A DNA stretch of 47,576 nucleotides from an uncultured Flavobacteriaceae bacterium (GTDB lineage: Bacteria > Bacteroidota > Bacteroidia > Flavobacteriales > Flavobacteriaceae). A program made the translations under genes and the position numbers. Shown here one piece after another: positions 36,033 through 45,778 of this stretch. The notes beneath the pieces are model-generated. The model made no database searches and was not told the origin of the DNA. It worked only from the letters and a program-made list of their open reading frames with translations. Within the stretch, counting starts at the first letter, position 1; the number at the start of each line of letters is the position of its first letter. The stretch covers positions 1-47,576 of the forward strand of contig CAZTYX010000001.1 in assembly GCA_964617385.1 (NCBI GenBank), in the 5' to 3' direction.

Positions 36033-37280
36033 TCATAAATCAATCACTTCCCTAAACAACAACTCCAGTGCTTTATTCACGGTTTTCTGAACCACCCGCT
36101 CTCGATGATTACCCATAGAAAAAGTAAAAGTTTTTGTCTCTTTTGGTGTAGCCAAGGCAATACAAATCGTACCCACTTCGGCGGGAGAATCACCTTTGGT
36201 GGGGCCGGCATTGCCTGTGGTGGCCAAGGCATAAGACGTTTTGAATTGGGCACGTGCCCCGTCTGCCATGGCCTTGGCAACAGGTTCACTAACCACCGAA
36301 TGTTGATTTATAAGCATTTCCGGCACCTGCAGAAGATCCATTTTAGCTTGGGTGTGATAGGCCACAATACCCCCTTTAAAATAGGCCGATGCACCAGGAA
36401 TGGCCGTAAGCTGTTGGGCAATTTGTCCTCCAGTGCAACTTTCGGCCACTGCCAAAGTGTGTCTGTTTGTTATAAAACATTCTTGCAACTGCTCCTCTAA
36501 GGAGGCCTCACCTTCAATACCCACAATGATGTCCCCAATAAGCGGATAGAGCTTGGCAATTTCTTTTTCCATAGCATCATGCAAGACGAATTCTTGCTCC
36601 CCTTTTCCAGAAAGACGCAAGCGCACTTTTCCTAAATTAGGTAAATAGGCCAACTTTAAAAACTTTGGAAGAGCGTCTTCCCAAGCAGCAATTTTTTGAG
36701 CAATCGCACTTTCGCCTAAACCATAGGTCATCACAGTTTTGTGAAGAATATAAGGTCTTTTAAAATGATCTTTTAAAGCTGGAATGACTTGATCATTTAT
36801 CAATGCCTTCATTTCAAAAGGCACGCCAGGAAGGGCAATCACTACCCGGTTTTGATCTTCAAACCACATACCAGAAGCGGTGCCGTGATGGTTTTTAAAT
36901 ACTTTTGCTTTGGAGGGCAACAGGGCTTGCTTTCGGTTTTCTTCTTGAATGGGAGTGGCAACATATTTTTTAAAAATAGTTTCTATATGGGCCAAAACAG
37001 CGGTATTTTCAACAAGCTTATCGTTAAAATAAGTACATAAAGTATGTTTTGTGACATCGTCTTTGGTAGGTCCCAAACCACCTGTAATTAACACCAACTG
37101 GGCTCTGCTTTTAGACGCTTCGAGGGTATCCACAATGGCTTCTGAGGTATCGGAAACGCTAGTTATTTGCACCACTTCGATTCCAATTTTGTTAAGTGCT
37201 TTCGCTAAAAATACAGCATTGGTGTTTACAATTTGACCAATTAAAATTTCATCTCCGATGGTAACTAATTCTGCCAGCAT
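36033..37280 (-). CDS. cinA: CinA-family competence/damage-inducible protein (MoCF-like domain plus NMN deamidase domain)
   Basis: 415-aa ORF. N-terminus is AELVTIGDEILIGQIVNTNA..ITGGLGPTKDD, and the C-terminal PncC-like region contains LAVAESCTGG. Confidence 0.9.
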   Translation of the reverse strand: MLAELVTIGDEILIGQIVNTNAVFLAKALNKIGIEVVQITSVSDTSEAIVDTLEASKSRAQLVLITGGLGPTKDDVTKHTLCTYFNDKLVENTAVLAHIETIFKKYVATPIQEENRKQALLPSKAKVFKNHHGTASGMWFEDQNRVVIALPGVPFEMKALINDQVIPALKDHFKRPYILHKTVMTYGLGESAIAQKIAAWEDALPKFLKLAYLPNLGKVRLRLSGKGEQEFVLHDAMEKEIAKLYPLIGDIIVGIEGEASLEEQLQECFITNRHTLAVAESCTGGQIAQQLTAIPGASAYFKGGIVAYHTQAKMDLLQVPEMLINQHSVVSEPVAKAMADGARAQFKTSYALATTGNAGPTKGDSPAEVGTICIALATPKETKTFTFSMGNHRERVVQKTVNKALELLFREVIDL

Positions 37281-37283
37281 AAT

Positions 37284-37895
37284 TTATTTGATCTTTACAC
37301 TAAAATTTTCTTGACCCTCTAGGGTGCCCACAAAAACATCTTCCCGAGCCACAGCACCAACCCCTTTGGGAGTTCCTGTAAAAAGAATATCGCCAATTTT
37401 TAAAGTGAAAAATGTGGAACAATAGGCAATGAGTTGATCGATATTCCACAACATTTGAGCAGTGGTGGCCGCTTGCACTTCGTTCCCATTTTTATGGAGT
37501 GAAAAGGAAAGGGAGTTTACGGGAGGCAGTTTCTTTTTGGAAACCCATTTTCCCACTAGTGCAGCGCCATCAAAGGCTTTTGCCTTTTCCCAGGGCAAGC
37601 CCTTGGCTTTTAATTCTTGTTGAAGTTGCCGGGCCGTAAAATCAATTCCCAAGGCAATTTCATCATAATATTTACCAGCAAATTGAGGCTGTATGTGTTT
37701 GCCAATTCTATTTATTTTCACAAGTACTTCAACTTCGTAGTGAATGTTATCGGCAAAAGCAGGAATAAAAAAGGGCTGTCCTTTTTGAATCAAACTAGTG
37801 TCGGGTTTAAGAAACAAGACTGGATCTTGGGGAATTTCGTTTTCCAATTCCGCCGCATGTTCAGCATAGTTTCGCCCCACACAAATAATCTTCAC
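37284..37895 (-). CDS. Fumarylacetoacetate hydrolase (FAH) family protein
   Basis: 203-aa ORF. Contains KIICVGRNYAEHAAE, the pattern in YEVEVLV and GDILFTGTPKGVG. Confidence 0.85.
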   Translation of the reverse strand: MKIICVGRNYAEHAAELENEIPQDPVLFLKPDTSLIQKGQPFFIPAFADNIHYEVEVLVKINRIGKHIQPQFAGKYYDEIALGIDFTARQLQQELKAKGLPWEKAKAFDGAALVGKWVSKKKLPPVNSLSFSLHKNGNEVQAATTAQMLWNIDQLIAYCSTFFTLKIGDILFTGTPKGVGAVAREDVFVGTLEGQENFSVKIK

Positions 37896-37898
37896 GAC

Positions 37899-38675
37899 TT
37901 ATTGGTCTTTAGAATTCAATCCACGCAATCGAATTTCAGTCAATACTTTTTTGGTGTATCGCGGAAAATCGGCATTCATGATCCATCCAAAATAACCGGG
38001 TTCTCTTTCTAGAATTTCGATTACTTTTTTTCCTTTGTATTTACCAAAACCAAAACATTCAACACCCTTTTTATCATAAACCACAAAGCCTGCAAAATCG
38101 GCGGTTTTTCTCCTTGAACTAAATTCACTCAAGGCCCCAACCTGGGGTTCTAGGGCATCATATCGTTCGAGCTGTGCCATTAGCACATCCAATGTGGCTT
38201 GTGTGTCGGCCATGGCCGAATGAGCATCTTCTAAATCTTTATTGCAATAAAATTGTACGGCTGCCGAAAGGGTGCGTTGTTCCATTTTATGAAAAATATT
38301 TTGTACGTCAACCGATTTCACATTTTTAAAATCAAAATCGATTTCAGCGCGCAGCAATTCTTCCACCAAAAGAGGAATATCAAAACGATCAGAATTAAAT
38401 CCAGCTAAATCACAATTTTTGATAAAAGCATAAACTTCCTGCGATCGTTCCTTGAAGGTGGGCTCATGCGCCACTTTTTCATCGGTAATACCATGCACAG
38501 CAGTAGCTTCTGGAGGAATGGGTTGTTCGGGATTAACCAACCACAGCCGTTCTTCTTTAGTACCGTCGGGGTGTAATTTAATGGCGGCCATTTCCACAAT
38601 GCGATCTTTAGAAATATCTATTCCGGTAGTTTCGAGGTCAAAAAAACATAAGGGTCGGGTAAGCTCTATGGACAT
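37899..38675 (-). CDS. DEDDh 3'-5' exonuclease (DnaQ-like) with a C-terminal extension
   Basis: 258-aa ORF. Exo I is FFDLETTG, Exo II is AGFNSDRFDIPLL and Exo III is HSAMADT. Confidence 0.85.
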   Translation of the reverse strand: MSIELTRPLCFFDLETTGIDISKDRIVEMAAIKLHPDGTKEERLWLVNPEQPIPPEATAVHGITDEKVAHEPTFKERSQEVYAFIKNCDLAGFNSDRFDIPLLVEELLRAEIDFDFKNVKSVDVQNIFHKMEQRTLSAAVQFYCNKDLEDAHSAMADTQATLDVLMAQLERYDALEPQVGALSEFSSRRKTADFAGFVVYDKKGVECFGFGKYKGKKVIEILEREPGYFGWIMNADFPRYTKKVLTEIRLRGLNSKDQ

Positions 38676-38684
38676 AATTTTAAA

Positions 38685-40019
38685 TTAATAGGGGAGTTTT
38701 TCTTTCCAATTTTCAAGATAGGTGGCCACCTGCTTCACAAAAAGCCCTCCAGTAGCACCATTAATAATGCGGTGATCGTAGCTATGAGAGAGCATTACTT
38801 TTCGACGGATGCCAACAAAATCGCCTTCTGGAGTTTCAATGACAGAGGGTGTTTTCAAAATAGTGCCAATGGCTAAAATACCTACTTGAGGTTGATTGAT
38901 GATGGGGGTTCCCATCAACGATCCAAAATTTCCAATGTTGGTAATTGTATAGGTGCCGCCCTGAACTTCATCAGGCTTTAGTTGGTTGTTACGAGCCCGA
39001 TCGGCCAAGTCATTAACTACTTTTGCCAACCCTACCAAATTAAGATGGTCGGCATTTTTAATAACAGGAACAATCAGGTTGCCGTCAGCCAGTGCAGTGG
39101 CCATACCCAAATTAATGTTCTTCTTAAATATTACTTGATCTCCAGACACACTACTATTCAATTGCGGATAGTCGCGTAAAGCTTTAATAACCGCCATCAT
39201 AAACAAGGGGGTAAAGGTGAGCTTGGCACCTTCTTGTTTGTAGAAAGTATCTTTTACACCTTCTCGCCAATCCCATAAATCAGTCACGTCGGCTTCAATA
39301 AAAGATTGAACGTGAGCAGAGGTTTTTAAACTCATTTGCATGTGCTCAGAAATGAGTTTTTCTGTGCGACTCAAGATATGAATATGGTCTTCTTTAGCTT
39401 GGTTCACTGGGGTTGTGGGAGGCGAAAAAGTTCTTTGTGGGGCTATTGGTGTTTGAGGCAATGTTCCGTTTTTGCGCTGATCAACATAAGCCAAAATGTC
39501 TTTTTTGGTCACTCTGCCATTTTTTCCTGTGCCTGTCATGGCATGGAGTGCTTCGGTTGAAATTCCTTCAGCTTTGGCTATGTTTCTAACCAAGGGAGAA
39601 AAGAATTGCTGCTTATCCGGCACTGGGTCTGCCGCTGGTGTGCTAAGTATTTTGATTTCTTCTGTTAGGGTTGCCACTGCTTCAACCGTTTCAACAGTTT
39701 CTTCTTCTATTTGTGGGGGTTCTTCTGCCTCCACACTTTTGGGTTCAGGATTTGCAGTTAAGTGTTCGGGTATTTCGCCTTCGGTTTCAATCACTGCCAA
39801 AACAGCGCCCACAGCCACCACTTCATTTTCTTTAAAACATTGTTCTTTTAAAATGCCAGCCACTTCTGCTGTAACATCAGAATCAACTTTATCGGTAGCA
39901 ATTTCTACAAGCTCATCGTCTAAAGCAACAGTTTCTCCAACGGCTTTAAGCCATTTGGTTACTGTGGCCTCTGCCACACTTTCACCCATCCGAGGTAATC
40001 TAACTTGAAAAAGTGCCAT
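38685..40019 (-). CDS. 2-oxoacid dehydrogenase E2 component (dihydrolipoamide acyltransferase)
   Basis: 444-aa ORF. It has a lipoyl domain (EIATDKVDSDV), a peripheral-subunit-binding domain (SPLVRNIAKAEGIS...GTGKNGRVTKKDI) and a catalytic domain containing SYDHRIINGA. Confidence 0.9.
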   Translation of the reverse strand: MALFQVRLPRMGESVAEATVTKWLKAVGETVALDDELVEIATDKVDSDVTAEVAGILKEQCFKENEVVAVGAVLAVIETEGEIPEHLTANPEPKSVEAEEPPQIEEETVETVEAVATLTEEIKILSTPAADPVPDKQQFFSPLVRNIAKAEGISTEALHAMTGTGKNGRVTKKDILAYVDQRKNGTLPQTPIAPQRTFSPPTTPVNQAKEDHIHILSRTEKLISEHMQMSLKTSAHVQSFIEADVTDLWDWREGVKDTFYKQEGAKLTFTPLFMMAVIKALRDYPQLNSSVSGDQVIFKKNINLGMATALADGNLIVPVIKNADHLNLVGLAKVVNDLADRARNNQLKPDEVQGGTYTITNIGNFGSLMGTPIINQPQVGILAIGTILKTPSVIETPEGDFVGIRRKVMLSHSYDHRIINGATGGLFVKQVATYLENWKEKLPY

Positions 40020-40035
40020 AGTTGCTATTGTTGTG

Positions 40036-40043
40036 CAAAAGTA
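40036..40043 (-). promoter_or_regulatory. Candidate -7 box (TACTTTTG) for the E2-exonuclease-FAH-cinA operon
   Basis: A perfect TAnnTTTG match on the minus strand, 16 nt upstream of the E2 ATG. Confidence 0.45.
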
Positions 40044-40091
40044 TCAAAAAAATAGGTGACAAGAAGGTAAAACTTTTGGGGTTTGGTGCAA

Positions 40092-40706
40092 TCAAGAAAC
40101 CCCATTGTCGAAGGGAATTCTGGCTAATATGCTTCGCCCTAGCGTAACTTCATCGGCATATTCCAATTCATCTCCCACGGCAATACCTCTTGCAATGGTC
40201 GAAGTGGTCACGCCATAAGATTCAATTTGTTTAAAAATATAAAAATTGGTAGTGTCAGCTTCCACGGTTGAACTGAGCGCAAAAATAACCTCTTCTATGC
40301 TGTTGGAAGCCACTTTCTCAATCAAGCTAGAAAGATTCAAATCTTGTGGCCCAATGCCATCCATGGGTGAAATTAGGCCCCCTAAAACATGATATAACCC
40401 ATGATATTGATTTGTATTTTCAATAGCCATCACGTCCCGAACGTCTTCCACCACACATAGCAATTTGCTATTGCGTTTAGGATTGCTGCAAATTTCGCAA
40501 AGAGGTTGATCTGAAATATTATGACAGCGTTCACAATACACAACCTCCGTTCTAAGATTTGCAAGGGCTGCCCCAAGATCTTGAGCATAGGTTTCAGGTT
40601 TTTTTAATATTTGAAGCGCCAATCGCAGGGCTGTTCGTTTTCCGATACCCGGCAATTGCGCAATTTGATAAACAGCGTTTTCAAGCAATTTTGAAGGAAA
40701 ATCCAT
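40092..40706 (-). CDS. recR: Recombination protein RecR
   Basis: 204-aa ORF. It has a helix-hairpin-helix (LPGIGKRTA), a Cys4 zinc finger ([16 protein letters not shown]) and a Toprim domain. Confidence 0.95.
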   Translation of the reverse strand: MDFPSKLLENAVYQIAQLPGIGKRTALRLALQILKKPETYAQDLGAALANLRTEVVYCERCHNISDQPLCEICSNPKRNSKLLCVVEDVRDVMAIENTNQYHGLYHVLGGLISPMDGIGPQDLNLSSLIEKVASNSIEEVIFALSSTVEADTTNFYIFKQIESYGVTTSTIARGIAVGDELEYADEVTLGRSILARIPFDNGVS

Positions 40707-40710
40707 GGCC

Positions 40711-40718
40711 TAAAAATA
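40711..40718 (-). promoter_or_regulatory. Imperfect -7-like box (TATTTTTA) 4 nt upstream of the recR ATG
   Basis: Minus strand reads TGTATTTTTA-GGCC-ATG. It has the same GTATTTTT core as guaA and mnmA, but the final G is replaced by A. Confidence 0.25.
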
Positions 40719-40769
40719 CAAATATTTAGATTGGTTTTGTTTTGTACCTTTAAAGTCAAAATTGAATTG

Positions 40770-42230
40770 ATGATTGCACCCGAATTTATTTTGGCGCTAA
40801 TTTTAGGCTACTTTCTGCTCTTGGTGGGCATTGCAAAATTTACAGCTCAAGAAGGAAGCAATCAAACCTTTTTTATCGCCAACAGATCGTCCCCTTGGTA
40901 TTTGGTTGCCTTTGGCATGGTGGGCGCTTCTTTGTCAGGTGTAACTTTTATCTCGGTTCCGGGTTGGGTGGAAGCGTCTCAATTTAATTACCTCCAAGTG
41001 GTGCTCGGTTATTTTGTGGGCTATATAGTAGTGGCCTATGTGTTATTGCCGCTATATTACAAAGCAAACCTCACCTCTATTTATGAATATTTAGCACAAC
41101 GTTTTGGCAGTAATAGTCACACTGCTGGCGCCTTTTTCTTTTTTGTATCGAGGGTTATTGGCGCTTCATTTCGCTTGTTTTTAGTGGCTATTGTATTACA
41201 ACAATATATTTTTGAAGCCTGGGGTATTCCCTTTGAACTCACCGTGGTGCTATCCATTCTTTTTATTTGGATCTACACCCAAAAAGGGGGCATCAAAACC
41301 ATTGTATGGACCGATACGCTCCAAACCGCACTCATGCTGGCTGCGGTCTTTTTTTCAGTCTTTTATTTATTAAAAGGGCTCAACACTTCCCTATTTGATT
41401 TTTTGGCTTCCCCGCAATTTGAATCCTATAATCAGGTCTGGGTTACCGATAGTCTTTTAAGTCGAAACCATTTCCTAAAGTCTTTTATTGGAGGGGCTTT
41501 TATAACCATTTGTATGACTGGCTTGGATCAAGACATGATGCAAAAGAATCTCAGTTGCCGCACGCTAGCCGATGCTCAAAAAAACATGCTAGTGTTTAGC
41601 ATCGTTTTGGTGGTGGTTACTGCCTTTTTTATGGTATTGGGCACCTTGCTTTTTAGTTATGCTACTCAAGAAGGCATTGCAATGCCTCAAATGGACGGCA
41701 GTCCAAAATCGGATTTACTATTCCCCGAAATTGCATTGCAAGGCAATTTGGGATGGGCCGCCAGCATCACTTTTATTTTAGGACTCATAGCAGCCGCATA
41801 CAGTAGTGCCGATAGTGCTCTCACCGCGCTAACCACTTCTTTTTGCATCGATTTTTTAAAGATTGAAAACCGACCTAAAAATGCGCAAAAAAAACTTCGG
41901 AGGCAAGTACACATAGCCATGAGTATTTTATTGGTTGGAGTGGTCATTCTATTTAAGCATGTGCTCGATAGAAACGTGATTGATGGATTGCTCACCGTGG
42001 CTGGCTACACCTATGGCCCGCTGTTAGGACTCTTCGCCTTTGGCATTTTTACCCCTTATGCCATCAAAGACAAATATGTATGGGGCGTTGTTCTATTGTC
42101 CGTTGGACTAACGGCGCTTTTAGCTAATCTAAATCCAACTGCTTTGGTTGGCTATGTTTTAGGCTATGAGCTTTTACCGCTTAATGGTCTCATCACTTTC
42201 TTAGGGTTAATATTGATTCGTAGAAAGTAA
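40770..42230 (+). CDS. Sodium:solute symporter (SSF) family transporter
   Basis: A polytopic membrane ORF with an SSF-like N-terminus ([25 protein letters not shown]...FFIANRS). I prefer the ATG at 40770 over the track's TTG at 40731. Confidence 0.85.
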   Translation: MIAPEFILALILGYFLLLVGIAKFTAQEGSNQTFFIANRSSPWYLVAFGMVGASLSGVTFISVPGWVEASQFNYLQVVLGYFVGYIVVAYVLLPLYYKANLTSIYEYLAQRFGSNSHTAGAFFFFVSRVIGASFRLFLVAIVLQQYIFEAWGIPFELTVVLSILFIWIYTQKGGIKTIVWTDTLQTALMLAAVFFSVFYLLKGLNTSLFDFLASPQFESYNQVWVTDSLLSRNHFLKSFIGGAFITICMTGLDQDMMQKNLSCRTLADAQKNMLVFSIVLVVVTAFFMVLGTLLFSYATQEGIAMPQMDGSPKSDLLFPEIALQGNLGWAASITFILGLIAAAYSSADSALTALTTSFCIDFLKIENRPKNAQKKLRRQVHIAMSILLVGVVILFKHVLDRNVIDGLLTVAGYTYGPLLGLFAFGIFTPYAIKDKYVWGVVLLSVGLTALLANLNPTALVGYVLGYELLPLNGLITFLGLILIRRK

Positions 42231-42575
42231 CACCAGGGTACAGGCATTTTCCCATGCAATGCCATTTTCCGTTAATTTTTTTGCCATTTCTGGATTTTCA
42301 GTACCGGGATTAAAAAGTACCCGCTGGGGGTGCAGTTGTATAATAAAATCCAAATAAGCCTCTTGACGTTGAGGGTTTAAGTAAAGTGTTACCGTAAGAA
42401 TGGGAGGAAGTTTTGCAAAGGGCAATAGAATGGGAACGGCTCCAATTTTACCTTCTCTAAGCCCCATAGCCACCACTTCAAATTGGTGCTTTTGAAGGGC
42501 TTCTACAGCACGAAAAGAATACCGCAGTGGGTTTGCAGAGGCGCCTAATACTAAAGTAGTTTTTGGTTTCACCAT
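42207..42575 (-). CDS. CoA-binding domain protein (YccU-like)
   Basis: 122-aa ORF with [21 protein letters not shown]. Its ATG is embedded in the fabH stop region (ATGGTGA). Confidence 0.75.
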   Translation of the reverse strand: MVKPKTTLVLGASANPLRYSFRAVEALQKHQFEVVAMGLREGKIGAVPILLPFAKLPPILTVTLYLNPQRQEAYLDFIIQLHPQRVLFNPGTENPEMAKKLTENGIAWENACTLVLLSTNQY

Positions 42576-43582
42576 TCAATAATCACACTTCCCCAAGTGA
42601 AACCACTTCCAAAGGCTGCTAAAACAATTTTACTTCCTGGTTGCACCAAGCCTTTTTCCCAAGCTTCCGTGAGCGCAATTGGAATGGACGCCGCTGTTGT
42701 GTTGCCATATTTTTGAATATTATTAAAAACTTGGTGGTCTTGTAAACGAAACTTTTTCTGGACAAACTGTGCAATCCGCAAATTGGCTTGATGGGGAATG
42801 AGTAAATCGATATCTTCTGGGCGCCAGCCGTTTTTTTGGAGCCCTTCTTGGATGACTTCTGCAAACCGAACCACCGCATTTTTAAATACAAATTGGCCAT
42901 TCATGTAGGGATAATAGGAAAGATCTTCAGGGTTGTTTGCTGCTATTATTTCAGGCACCCAACGATTGGTGCTGGGCCCAATCAGTGCCAATTCTTCGGC
43001 GTGCTGTCCCTGAGAATATATATGGGAAGACAAGATGCCTCCCTTTCCAGCATCAGAGCGACTAACTACAGCGGCTCCAGCGCCATCTCCAAAAATAACA
43101 GACACATTGCGCCCTCTCGTGGTCATGTCTAAACCACCCGAATGATTTTCTGAACCAATCACCAATACGTGTTTATACATACCTGTTTTTATAAATTGAT
43201 CGGCCGTGGTGAGGGCATACACAAATCCACTGCACTGATTGCGAATGTCCATAGCTGGACAGTTAGGTATGTCAAGCTGCTCTTGCACCAGAACGCCTGA
43301 GCCAGGAAAATAGTAATCGGGACTTAGGGTAGCAAAAAGAATCAATTCAATATCAGTGGGTTTTAGATTGGCTCTATCGAGGGCTTGTTGAGCTGCTTTA
43401 ACACCCATAACGGCTGTTGTGTTGCCATCCCCTTTTTTGATGTGGCGCCGCTCTTCAATACCGGTGCGTTCTATAATCCATTCATTGTTGGTGTCCATCA
43501 ATTTTTCTAAATCGGCATTGGTCACCACATTTTCGGGCACATACATTCCCAATCCACTAATTTTTGATTGATACATAAACAT
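42569..43582 (-). CDS. fabH: Beta-ketoacyl-ACP synthase III
   Basis: The catalytic triad context is present (NQCSGFVYAL, IPHQAN, GNTTAASIP). The start is ambiguous between the ATGs at 43582 and 43576. The track's start at 43627 falls inside the upstream terminator stem. Confidence 0.93.
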   Translation of the reverse strand: MFMYQSKISGLGMYVPENVVTNADLEKLMDTNNEWIIERTGIEERRHIKKGDGNTTAVMGVKAAQQALDRANLKPTDIELILFATLSPDYYFPGSGVLVQEQLDIPNCPAMDIRNQCSGFVYALTTADQFIKTGMYKHVLVIGSENHSGGLDMTTRGRNVSVIFGDGAGAAVVSRSDAGKGGILSSHIYSQGQHAEELALIGPSTNRWVPEIIAANNPEDLSYYPYMNGQFVFKNAVVRFAEVIQEGLQKNGWRPEDIDLLIPHQANLRIAQFVQKKFRLQDHQVFNNIQKYGNTTAASIPIALTEAWEKGLVQPGSKIVLAAFGSGFTWGSVIIEW

Positions 43583-43618
43583 TTTTTTGTGTTGGTTAAA
43601 AATAACTTTTAATACAAT

Positions 43619-43646
43619 AAAAAACACCCGAAAACGGGTGTTTTTC
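43619..43646 (-). terminator. Rho-independent terminator after the ABC1-kinase gene
   Basis: An 11-bp stem AAAAACACCCG (43620-43630) pairs with CGGGTGTTTTT (43635-43645), with an AAAA loop. The arrangement is symmetric (A tract on one side, T tract on the other), so it could act in both directions. Confidence 0.8.
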
Positions 43647-43669
43647 TAATTACATTCTAAACAAACAGA

Positions 43670-44980
43670 TCAATAAACAGTAATGTAATTATTCGTTTTC
43701 ACTTGAGCTTTTAGGTCATGAAGCAAATGATAAAGACCAAAAAAGGTTCGGTTTACATAAATAAAATGCGTGGCTCCTCTACTTCCATCTAGTTTTCTAA
43801 GCTGGGTGTTTTCAGAAAGGGTTTTCGAAAGCTTGGTTATGTCGTCCCAAAAGGCAGTGTCTCCAAAGTCAAATGTATCTTGATGAAAGGGTTTTGTAAA
43901 CAACAGCATCATTTCTTTGAATAATCCTGTAAAAAAAGTTTTTTCCTTTGGACTGTCTTCAGACTTCAAAATTTCTAGTGTGTAGAGAAGGGACTCGAAC
44001 TTTTTTTGGTTTTCAATATTTTCGGGTTTTGAAAGCTCGAAATAAGGCACATAAAAATCTTCGGGAATGGTTTTCACACAACCAAAATCGAGTGCAACCA
44101 ACTCTTGTTCATCAGTTATCAAAAAGTTGCCTGGATGAGGGTCGGCTTGCATTTTTTTAAGCATATGCATTTGCACCATATAAAAATCCCATAGGGTTTG
44201 ACCAATTTTATTGTTGTTCTGCTGATGGTTTTGGGCGGTTTGACAATATTCGGAAAGGTGCACACCGTCCATCCAATCCATAGTTAATATTTTGTCATTA
44301 GACCATTCGGCATAATAGTTGGCAAAACGCATATTAGAAATGTGGGAGCAATGGTCTGAAAAAAAACGACTGTTCCTAAGTTCAATGGTATAATCTGTTT
44401 CTTCTAACAATTTATTCTCCACTTCTTTAAAATATTTTTCAGTGGCCTTACCACGTATGTTAAACATACGTTCGGCAATAGGTTTCACTATGGCCAAATC
44501 AGATCCGATACTGTTTGCCACCCCGGGATATTGAATTTTCACAGCAAGTTTTTTCCCATTTTTGGTGGCTTGATGCACCTGGCCAATACTGGCCGCATTA
44601 ACAGATTGGGTGGCAAACGAATCGAATAAAGTTTCGGGGGGAGCCCCTAAATATTTTTTTATTAAACGAGATACTAAAGGTGCCGAAAGCGGTGGTACAG
44701 AAAATTGGGCCAATCCAAATTGCTCCACGTAGGCTTTTGGCAAAAGGTTTTTCTCCATACTAAGCATTTGCGCTACTTTGAGCGCACTGCCCTTTAAAGT
44801 TTTTAGACCATCATAAATGTCCTTTGCATTAGCCGCATCTAAAGCATTGCGGTCTTTTTCACCCTGAATGATATTTTTCCCATAATACTTCAGATAATTT
44901 CCACCCACTTTTATTCCGGTGCTAACCAATTGGCCCACCCGTTCCATCTTGTGTGTAGGAATACTATCTAGGGTTTTCAT
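43670..44980 (-). CDS. ABC1/UbiB-family atypical protein kinase
   Basis: 436-aa ORF with AASIGQVHQA, KIQYPGV and ADPHPGNFLI. Confidence 0.85.
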   Translation of the reverse strand: MKTLDSIPTHKMERVGQLVSTGIKVGGNYLKYYGKNIIQGEKDRNALDAANAKDIYDGLKTLKGSALKVAQMLSMEKNLLPKAYVEQFGLAQFSVPPLSAPLVSRLIKKYLGAPPETLFDSFATQSVNAASIGQVHQATKNGKKLAVKIQYPGVANSIGSDLAIVKPIAERMFNIRGKATEKYFKEVENKLLEETDYTIELRNSRFFSDHCSHISNMRFANYYAEWSNDKILTMDWMDGVHLSEYCQTAQNHQQNNNKIGQTLWDFYMVQMHMLKKMQADPHPGNFLITDEQELVALDFGCVKTIPEDFYVPYFELSKPENIENQKKFESLLYTLEILKSEDSPKEKTFFTGLFKEMMLLFTKPFHQDTFDFGDTAFWDDITKLSKTLSENTQLRKLDGSRGATHFIYVNRTFFGLYHLLHDLKAQVKTNNYITVY

Positions 44981-45633
44981 CTACTAAAAAGATTTTTTTC
45001 TCTCCAAAGAAATTTTCCAAAATCAAAAACTTGATCTAGCGCTTGGTTGTCAAAAAGGGAGAAAACGGTTTGTACGGATTTTTCAATAGCGATATCGGTT
45101 TTTTCAGAATCGCCACTGGTGTCATTTATCCAAAAACGCAATAAAAAAAGCATTTGTCCCCAAGCGGCCTCGGCAAAAATAGGAACAGAACGCTGCGACA
45201 AAGGGCCTGTTTTTTCGGCGTTTCCAGCTTCTATTAAAGTAGTGGCAAAGGATTTAAAACGACCTCGCAATCCCTTTAAATCGGTCCATTTTTTTGACCA
45301 TTGCCCTTCATTAAGAGCAAAAAGCACATAACTTCGGTTGTGTTGGAGCACCTCAAAAAAAGTAAAATAAAAACGGAGCAGTTGATCTTTGGGTGTCTCT
45401 TCTTCAGCACGATGGGCCTTATCAATTAGCCTGATTGCGTTATCAAAAAAAGATTCAAAAATAGCTGTGCGCAAAGCATCCAGAGAACCGAAGTAGGTAT
45501 AAAATTCGGCCTCATCCAATGCTGCCTTTTGGCAAAATAAATACACTGACTTAGGCATTTTTTCTTCTGTGAGGGTTTGCGTAGTGAAGGCCTCAAAAAA
45601 GGACATTTTATCTATTTTATTTTGTTTTGCCAT
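44977..45633 (-). CDS. TetR/AcrR-like transcriptional regulator
   Basis: About 218 aa counted from the ATG at 45633 (MAKQNKIDK). An HTH-like segment (SVYLFCQKAALDEAEFYTYFGSLDAL) is followed by a helical C-terminal domain. Its stop overlaps the ABC1 ATG (ATGA). The family call is moderate. Confidence 0.6.
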   Translation of the reverse strand: MAKQNKIDKMSFFEAFTTQTLTEEKMPKSVYLFCQKAALDEAEFYTYFGSLDALRTAIFESFFDNAIRLIDKAHRAEEETPKDQLLRFYFTFFEVLQHNRSYVLFALNEGQWSKKWTDLKGLRGRFKSFATTLIEAGNAEKTGPLSQRSVPIFAEAAWGQMLFLLRFWINDTSGDSEKTDIAIEKSVQTVFSLFDNQALDQVFDFGKFLWREKNLFSR

Positions 45634-45651
45634 GATTGATTGTTGTGGGTA

Positions 45652-45659
45652 CAAATATA
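45652..45659 (-). promoter_or_regulatory. Candidate -7 box (TATATTTG) for the TetR-ABC1 pair
   Basis: A perfect TAnnTTTG match on the minus strand, 18 nt upstream of the ATG at 45633. Confidence 0.45.
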
Positions 45660-45778
45660 TAATATGTTTAACTATTTTTATAATTAATTAAACACAAATT
45701 GCGTTAAAAAAATGTCAAAATGTCATTCTTTCGGTTTTGGTATTTTTTTTGACTGTAGAACACGAAAAAATACAAACC

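Noticed and set aside
36105-36500. 131-aa plus-strand ORF, and the 70-aa minus-strand ORF, inside cinA
   Set aside because: Both overlap the conserved CinA C-terminal deamidase domain, and neither has independent support.
39496-40008. 170-aa plus-strand ORF antisense to the E2 gene
   Set aside because: It is an Ala/Ser/Thr-rich mirror of the E2 linker and lipoyl region. It has no start context, promoter or motifs, so it is a typical antisense artefact.
36033-40706. The idea that the DEDDh exonuclease, CinA and RecR form a defence or competence island
   Set aside because: All of them look like conserved housekeeping genes, with normal composition, tight operon structure and no nuclease/ATPase/sensor architecture typical of defence systems.
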